Source: Octopus bimaculoides (lineage: Eukaryota). Taken from it: a stretch of 41,179 nucleotides of DNA. Of this stretch, positions 36,060-41,179 are shown in pieces (position 1 is the first letter of the stretch; every line of letters starts with the position of its first letter). The translations under genes and the position numbers were made by a program. The notes beneath the pieces were generated by a model that saw nothing but the letters and a program-made list of their open reading frames with translations, was not told the DNA's origin and made no database searches. Where the stretch lies: assembly GCF_001194135.2 (NCBI RefSeq), contig NC_068994.1, forward strand, positions 54,784,267-54,825,445, given 5' to 3'.

Positions 36060-36200
36060 TTATTTGCTGTTCTATTCTACAATTCTCTCATCTCATCTTT
36101 CTTTCTCTTCCTCATTCCCAGATAAAGGAGCAACAGTCCGAAACGTCAAATCTTTATTACTTCCCTTTAGATCTCTTTCACCAACTCTCCTATAATTAAA
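36060..36200 (+). mobile_element. Penelope-like terminal fragment with decayed hammerhead
   Basis: CAGATAA-A-GGAGCAACAGTCC-GAAACGTC at 36119-36147 within a CT-rich tract. Confidence 0.45.
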
Positions 36201-37629
36201 ATGTCTAATAATATTGCTATATTATTTCACTCCGAGTATTATCAATAGAGTCTAATGCCAAAATATCTCGAGGAAGTTAAACAAAAAAAAATATGAAAGA
36301 AAAACAGTATTATTTGTTTCAGGCACCAAAGGTAAAACTTGGCACAATTAACAGTGATTATGCTATCGATCTCGGACACAAATAAACAAAATTTATATTC
36401 AACTCTGACCAGATTTGGGTTAAGATGCAAAAAAACCCCAAAAAAAACAAAAAACAGAGCAAATGGACCGGAAGTGACGGGAGTAAAATCCGATAACTTC
36501 AAGTAAACAATCTAAGATGAATCAACAAGAACAACAGCACCACTTCTCATCGCTTTTTCTCTACATTAATCATGCAGTATTATCGTATTGTTCATGTGTA
36601 ACTGTGTTGGCTACCATTCGTCGGCATGCAAGCCACTGAATTGCTTTCTCAGTCGTGTCCTTCGTTGCTCAGTATTGTACATTGGAATGTTGTGCCTCAG
36701 CTGCTATTTCTAAAATACTTAAGACATCAATAAGAGCTACTATGCAAGTAGGTCTCCATGGACGTAGCAATAACGAGGGAGTCCTGTTAATAAAATTAAG
36801 GGATTACGTTAGTTCTCTTTGCATTATCTTTATGAAATTATGGAGATGTCAATGTCGACACTTCCGGTCAATATGATTTCATTTATTTTTAAACCTCTAA
36901 ACAGCATGTTAAACCAGAATTGAACTGCAATCTAGGAGACATCAAACTGAAATACCGTAAAACATCTGTGTCGTCTGCTTCGTGTCAGTTATTCAAAAGT
37001 GATTTTTGTAATACATGAAAAGATGTCAAGAGATTGCTAATCCAAATTAAAGGATTTATCTATGATCTCAGTGTGTTTGTGATGTTTTCTCTACGTCTTT
37101 ATGTCGGCAACAATTGGTTTCCAATCCAACAAGAGCTATTTTCCGTCTTTATTTGTCGAGTATTTATCCAGTTTATGAAAATTATTGGTCATGTAAACAC
37201 TTACTTTCAGATACTGCATTAGCTTTAAATCTTACCGTTGGAAAATCAATCCCAATTACTAATCATAATTCCGTTGCTGTTCTAATTATTGATCTATTAT
37301 CTTTCGTATCATCGTAGTTCACAATAACATGATGGAACTTCTCATACGAATTCAATGAAATCAATAGAAAATTAATTTTATATCCTCGAAAAAATAATTG
37401 CATCGAAGTAAATCGAATTCACCAAGCACTTTTATACAGTAAATTATTTATCGTTCTGCTTCTGAAATTGTTTCTGTGTTGAGCGTATGAGAGCGGAAGC
37501 CACGACGTGGTCGATAGGTCTATGAGAAATAGCAACCATTTCACTCTCAAATCGAATCCCTAACGTCTAAAAACAGAATGAGACATTAGATAATGTGGCA
37601 GGGATACACAATGTCTGCAGAAAAAAAGA

Positions 37630-37694
<65 letters not shown>

Positions 37695-37791
37695 GTGAGG
37701 TTGTTTTTAATGGTATAGAATACCTTTGAGATCGAAAATCGGTTCACTGTAAGTTGACTTTATAGCAACAACAACAACAACAACAACAACA

Positions 37792-37854
<63 letters not shown>
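37630..37854. repeat. (GA)n and (ACA)n/(ACT)n microsatellites
   Basis: Direct reading. Confidence 0.95.
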
Positions 37855-37933
37855 NNNNNNNNNNNNNNNNNNNNNNNNNNNNNNNNNNNNNNNNNNNNNN
37901 NNNNNNNNNNNNNNNNNNNNNNNNNNNNNNNNN

Positions 37934-37977
<44 letters not shown>

Positions 37978-39414
37978 TTATATAGCCACACAAATACGTA
38001 AGTATGTGCCTATCTATAAACTTAATAATACATCTTGTTTTCATTTCATCTGTGTTGTTTCCGTCTTAAATTTTTTGCACCTTTATATATATATAACAGG
38101 ACAACGCCCTAACCTTTAAAACGAGGCTATTCAACTGCCTGGGCGATGATAAAACGATAGATAAGTGTAATGTAATAGAGATAAGAAAAAGGTAAGAAAG
38201 AAAGAAAGAAAGATAGAAAGAAAAGGAAAGTAGAAAAATGGTGGATATTTTGTGGCAGCGAATATGGAGTATAACACTGTGCCTTTCGTTGTGATCTACT
38301 CAGAGCAATAACTGAATCACTTGATTTATTACGATAAGAACAGCGAGAGGAAATAATCCAACGCTGGTCCGAAATGTGCTTAATTGGAGCTCCCTTATCA
38401 AACCCCCATATCTTTTTTCTCCATATTAATTAATTTGGTGGTCAAAATTATAAAGAAGGAATTGGAGGCAAAAGAGTGCGCTAGAACAAGTACCAGACAT
38501 TTCCTCCCATTGAAAGTAATTACTTGGTGGCGTGGTGTGAGGTGGGGTGATTATTCGACTAAAACCCTTCAAGGAGACGCCCCAGCATGGCCACAGTCCA
38601 TGATAAAATGATGGAAGATGTGCTTGTGCGTGTGTGACATTTAAATACATGCATACATTTATTACATATATATGTGTGTATGTGTGTATGTGTGAGTGTT
38701 TATGTTAGTTTGTTTGTTTGTTTGCGTGCGCGTGCGTTTTTGTGTTTTCCAAAGCTGAACAAACCACATTTATCGAGCAACGTTTCAAACCCAGATGACA
38801 TCAAACGCGTCCTATTCCTTTTTTTTTCTTTCTTTTTTTCTTTTTTGCAGAAGATTCTTTCAGCTGACACTGACATTCTTGATGACGGTCACGTTGCTGC
38901 TGCTGCTGCTGTTGCTGCTGGTTAGTCATGTGAAATCATTGATTATGAATGCCATATTATTCAAAGAAATCTTTGACACGAAACGGGTTCTTGGGTTTCT
39001 GTGTGTTGCCATTTTTACATTTCTGTATGGTGGATTATCGTAGGAGAAATTGTCAATCGAGTTTTCGAATTGAGGCAAGAACGGAAGTAATTCATTTATG
39101 GTAAAGATTAACATCTAAATACGTTAACTCAATCAGATTGAGAGCTTACGTACCTCCTCTTTGCAGATATGTTCGGATTTGTGAACAATCTGCATCAGCA
39201 ACCACAAAAAACGATCCGGATTTATTCTTTCATCAAAGCTTGAATCGAAGCGTTTCTTGAGAAATAAAATCCGTGATAAGTCATACGTAGCACGTTGAAC
39301 AGCGTGAATTTACGCAATAGCATATCTGTTTATTTTTGGTGGTTCCTGGCAGATTCGAACGTGAATGTATTAATCGCTGTTGTTTTTTGTCATCGAAGAA
39401 CATTTCCTCCCTTT

Positions 39415-39530
39415 ATTCTTTTCTGTTCTAAGTACAAGGCCCGAAATTTTGTGGGAGAGGGCCAGTCGATTAGATCGACCCCAGTACGCAACTCGTGCTT
39501 AATTTATCGACCCCCGAAAGGATGAAAGGC
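39415..39530 (-). mobile_element. SINE family A, 3' half only
   Basis: CAAGGCCCGAAATTTTG..GTCGATTAGATCGACCCCAGT..CGAAAGGATGAAAGGC, then an abrupt end. Confidence 0.9.
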
Positions 39531-39539
39531 ACTTAAGAG

Positions 39540-40140
39540 TGCTACTGATAACATGCAACCAAGTACATCCTATGGCATGGTTGGGTCGTCGACGACTAAA
39601 CTGGTACCCCCATTAGGCTTTCCTGGTAAGGATTGCTACAAACCCAGCAGGGCTAAAAAGGAGACCTGTGAAATGGACTTTGTGCTGATAGCACGGGCCC
39701 TCAGAAACCTCCGTTTGGTGTCCGGCGTGTTGGAAGATACCCCATCCCTTTTGTTAAAACATGTCTCTAGGAGAAGGTCACTCTGATATAAAACCAGACA
39801 AGCAGGGGATGGCATTCGACATTTTGGGAATCTTTTGCTCGCGTTTCTGACCATGGCGATCCCACATCCCTGAGCTTCCGACGCTTTTTGGCACTGGTTA
39901 CCTTGCGCTGGATTGTCTCTGGATCATGTCAGTAGATTGGAGAGGGTCTGCGGGGTGTTGCTTAAGATTTATTGGATCTAAAATTTGGGTTTTTTTGCAG
40001 TCCCCGGTGAGGCCCCTATCCGATTCTTGGTGGAGTAGGAGGCCAAACATGGAAGCTGCAAACGCGAGTCCGGGTGAAAACGACAGCTAGTGCGGGTCTG
40101 TGATGGTCTAATTCGGTGACGAGAGAGCAGGCACAATCGG
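39540..40140 (+). mobile_element. Putative 5' region of an RTE-like LINE
   Basis: GC-richer block; CTAGGAGAAGGTCACTCTGATATAAAACC resembles a motif I recall from RTE 5' UTRs; no ORF recognised. Confidence 0.35.
39691..39786 (+). ncRNA. Candidate HDV-like ribozyme, probably decayed
   Basis: P1, P2, P3, L3 and P4 can be assigned by eye (see findings). Confidence 0.4.
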
Positions 40141-40142
40141 TC

Positions 40143-40144
40143 AT

Positions 40145-40176
<32 letters not shown>

Positions 40177-40454
40177 CATATGTATGCACACAATACATGC
40201 ATACACGCTCGCACGCACGCGCAGACATACACACACACATGCATATGTATACACACAATACATACATATTTGTACATATGTACATATACATACGCATATA
40301 CATATATATATACATATATACGTACATATATAAGTATGTATGTATGTATGTATGTATGTATGTATGTATGTATGCATGTATGTGTGTGTGTGTGTATGTG
40401 TGTATGTATGCATACGATATATATTAATGTACATATACGTATACATTATCTTTA

Positions 40455-40511
<57 letters not shown>

Positions 40512-40635
40512 CAAAGTTACATACATGTATCCATATATATGCCTATATATAAATTCATAGATACACACATACACACACATACACACACACTCACTTACAC
40601 ACACACACACACACACTCACACACACACACACATA
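40143..40635. repeat. (CA)n/(TATG)n/(ATT)n microsatellite cluster
   Basis: Direct reading. Confidence 0.95.
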
Positions 40636-40744
40636 GGTGTGTACGTGACATTAACATTATCAGAATTGCAATCATCAATCATACTAACGTAACGGTGATG
40701 GTGCTAAGAGGAAGATTTTTCTGAGATTCTCTGCGAAGCCGACC

Positions 40745-40809
40745 GTTTCTATGGCAACGCACTGCTTTGCGACGCAAAGAGATGACAACGATCCTTGTTG
40801 TCTTGCAAC
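40745..40809. promoter_or_regulatory. RFX X-box motif(s)
   Basis: GTTTCTATGGCAAC (40745-58) fits GTHNYYATRRNAAC; GTTGTCTTGCAAC (40797-809) is a 13-nt variant. Confidence 0.4.
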
Positions 40810-41179
40810 AGATTGACATTCATGGAACCACATCTGCGTAAGAGTACCTGTGCGTGTGTGTGTGCGCGTGAATGAGTTACTGCTCTCTTTCTGTCTCTGT
40901 CTCTCTCCTTTTCTCTCTCTCTCTCTTTTTCTCTCTCTCTCTATCCATTTCTCTCTCTCTCTCTCTTTCTCTTCCGCCGTGTCAACGAACCCTCGTTCCT
41001 GGCTTATTAATTATGACGTACTGTCACACCTGTCCACTTCCTTATGTCGCTCGAACAATACCTGTTTGATAAGCGCCTCAATCGTTCCACAGCACTTTCC
41101 GTGTGCTTTATGACAATGGGGGTTACCACAGTTATTGTTCCTTCTCTCCTTACTCTCCCACAACACCCCACCCCACCCC

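Noticed and set aside
39675-39681. Alternative HDV P1 strand GGACTTT
   Set aside because: It needs a mismatch plus two wobbles and destroys the better ACC/GGT P3 register.

Overview
AT-rich eukaryotic draft-assembly sequence with 13 N-gaps, most flanked by microsatellites. The SINE and repeat content looks like an Octopus/cephalopod genome (inferred from recalled repeat families, not from a search). I recognise no host protein-coding gene: almost every supplied ORF is a translated microsatellite, an N-run or a decayed transposon frame, so the window is probably intronic or intergenic. It contains three tRNA-derived SINE families (about 20 copies or fragments), an R4/Dong-like LINE remnant, Penelope-like remnants, a full-span mariner with TIRs and TA duplication, a DD37D/maT-like transposon, Helitron pieces and several MITEs. 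The most interesting signal is a set of candidate self-cleaving ribozymes. Two hammerheads have intact catalytic cores and partial stems (12.94 kb +, 35.9 kb -), about five more are decayed, and an HDV-like double pseudoknot sits at 39.7 kb. All RNA structures were folded by eye and are untested.
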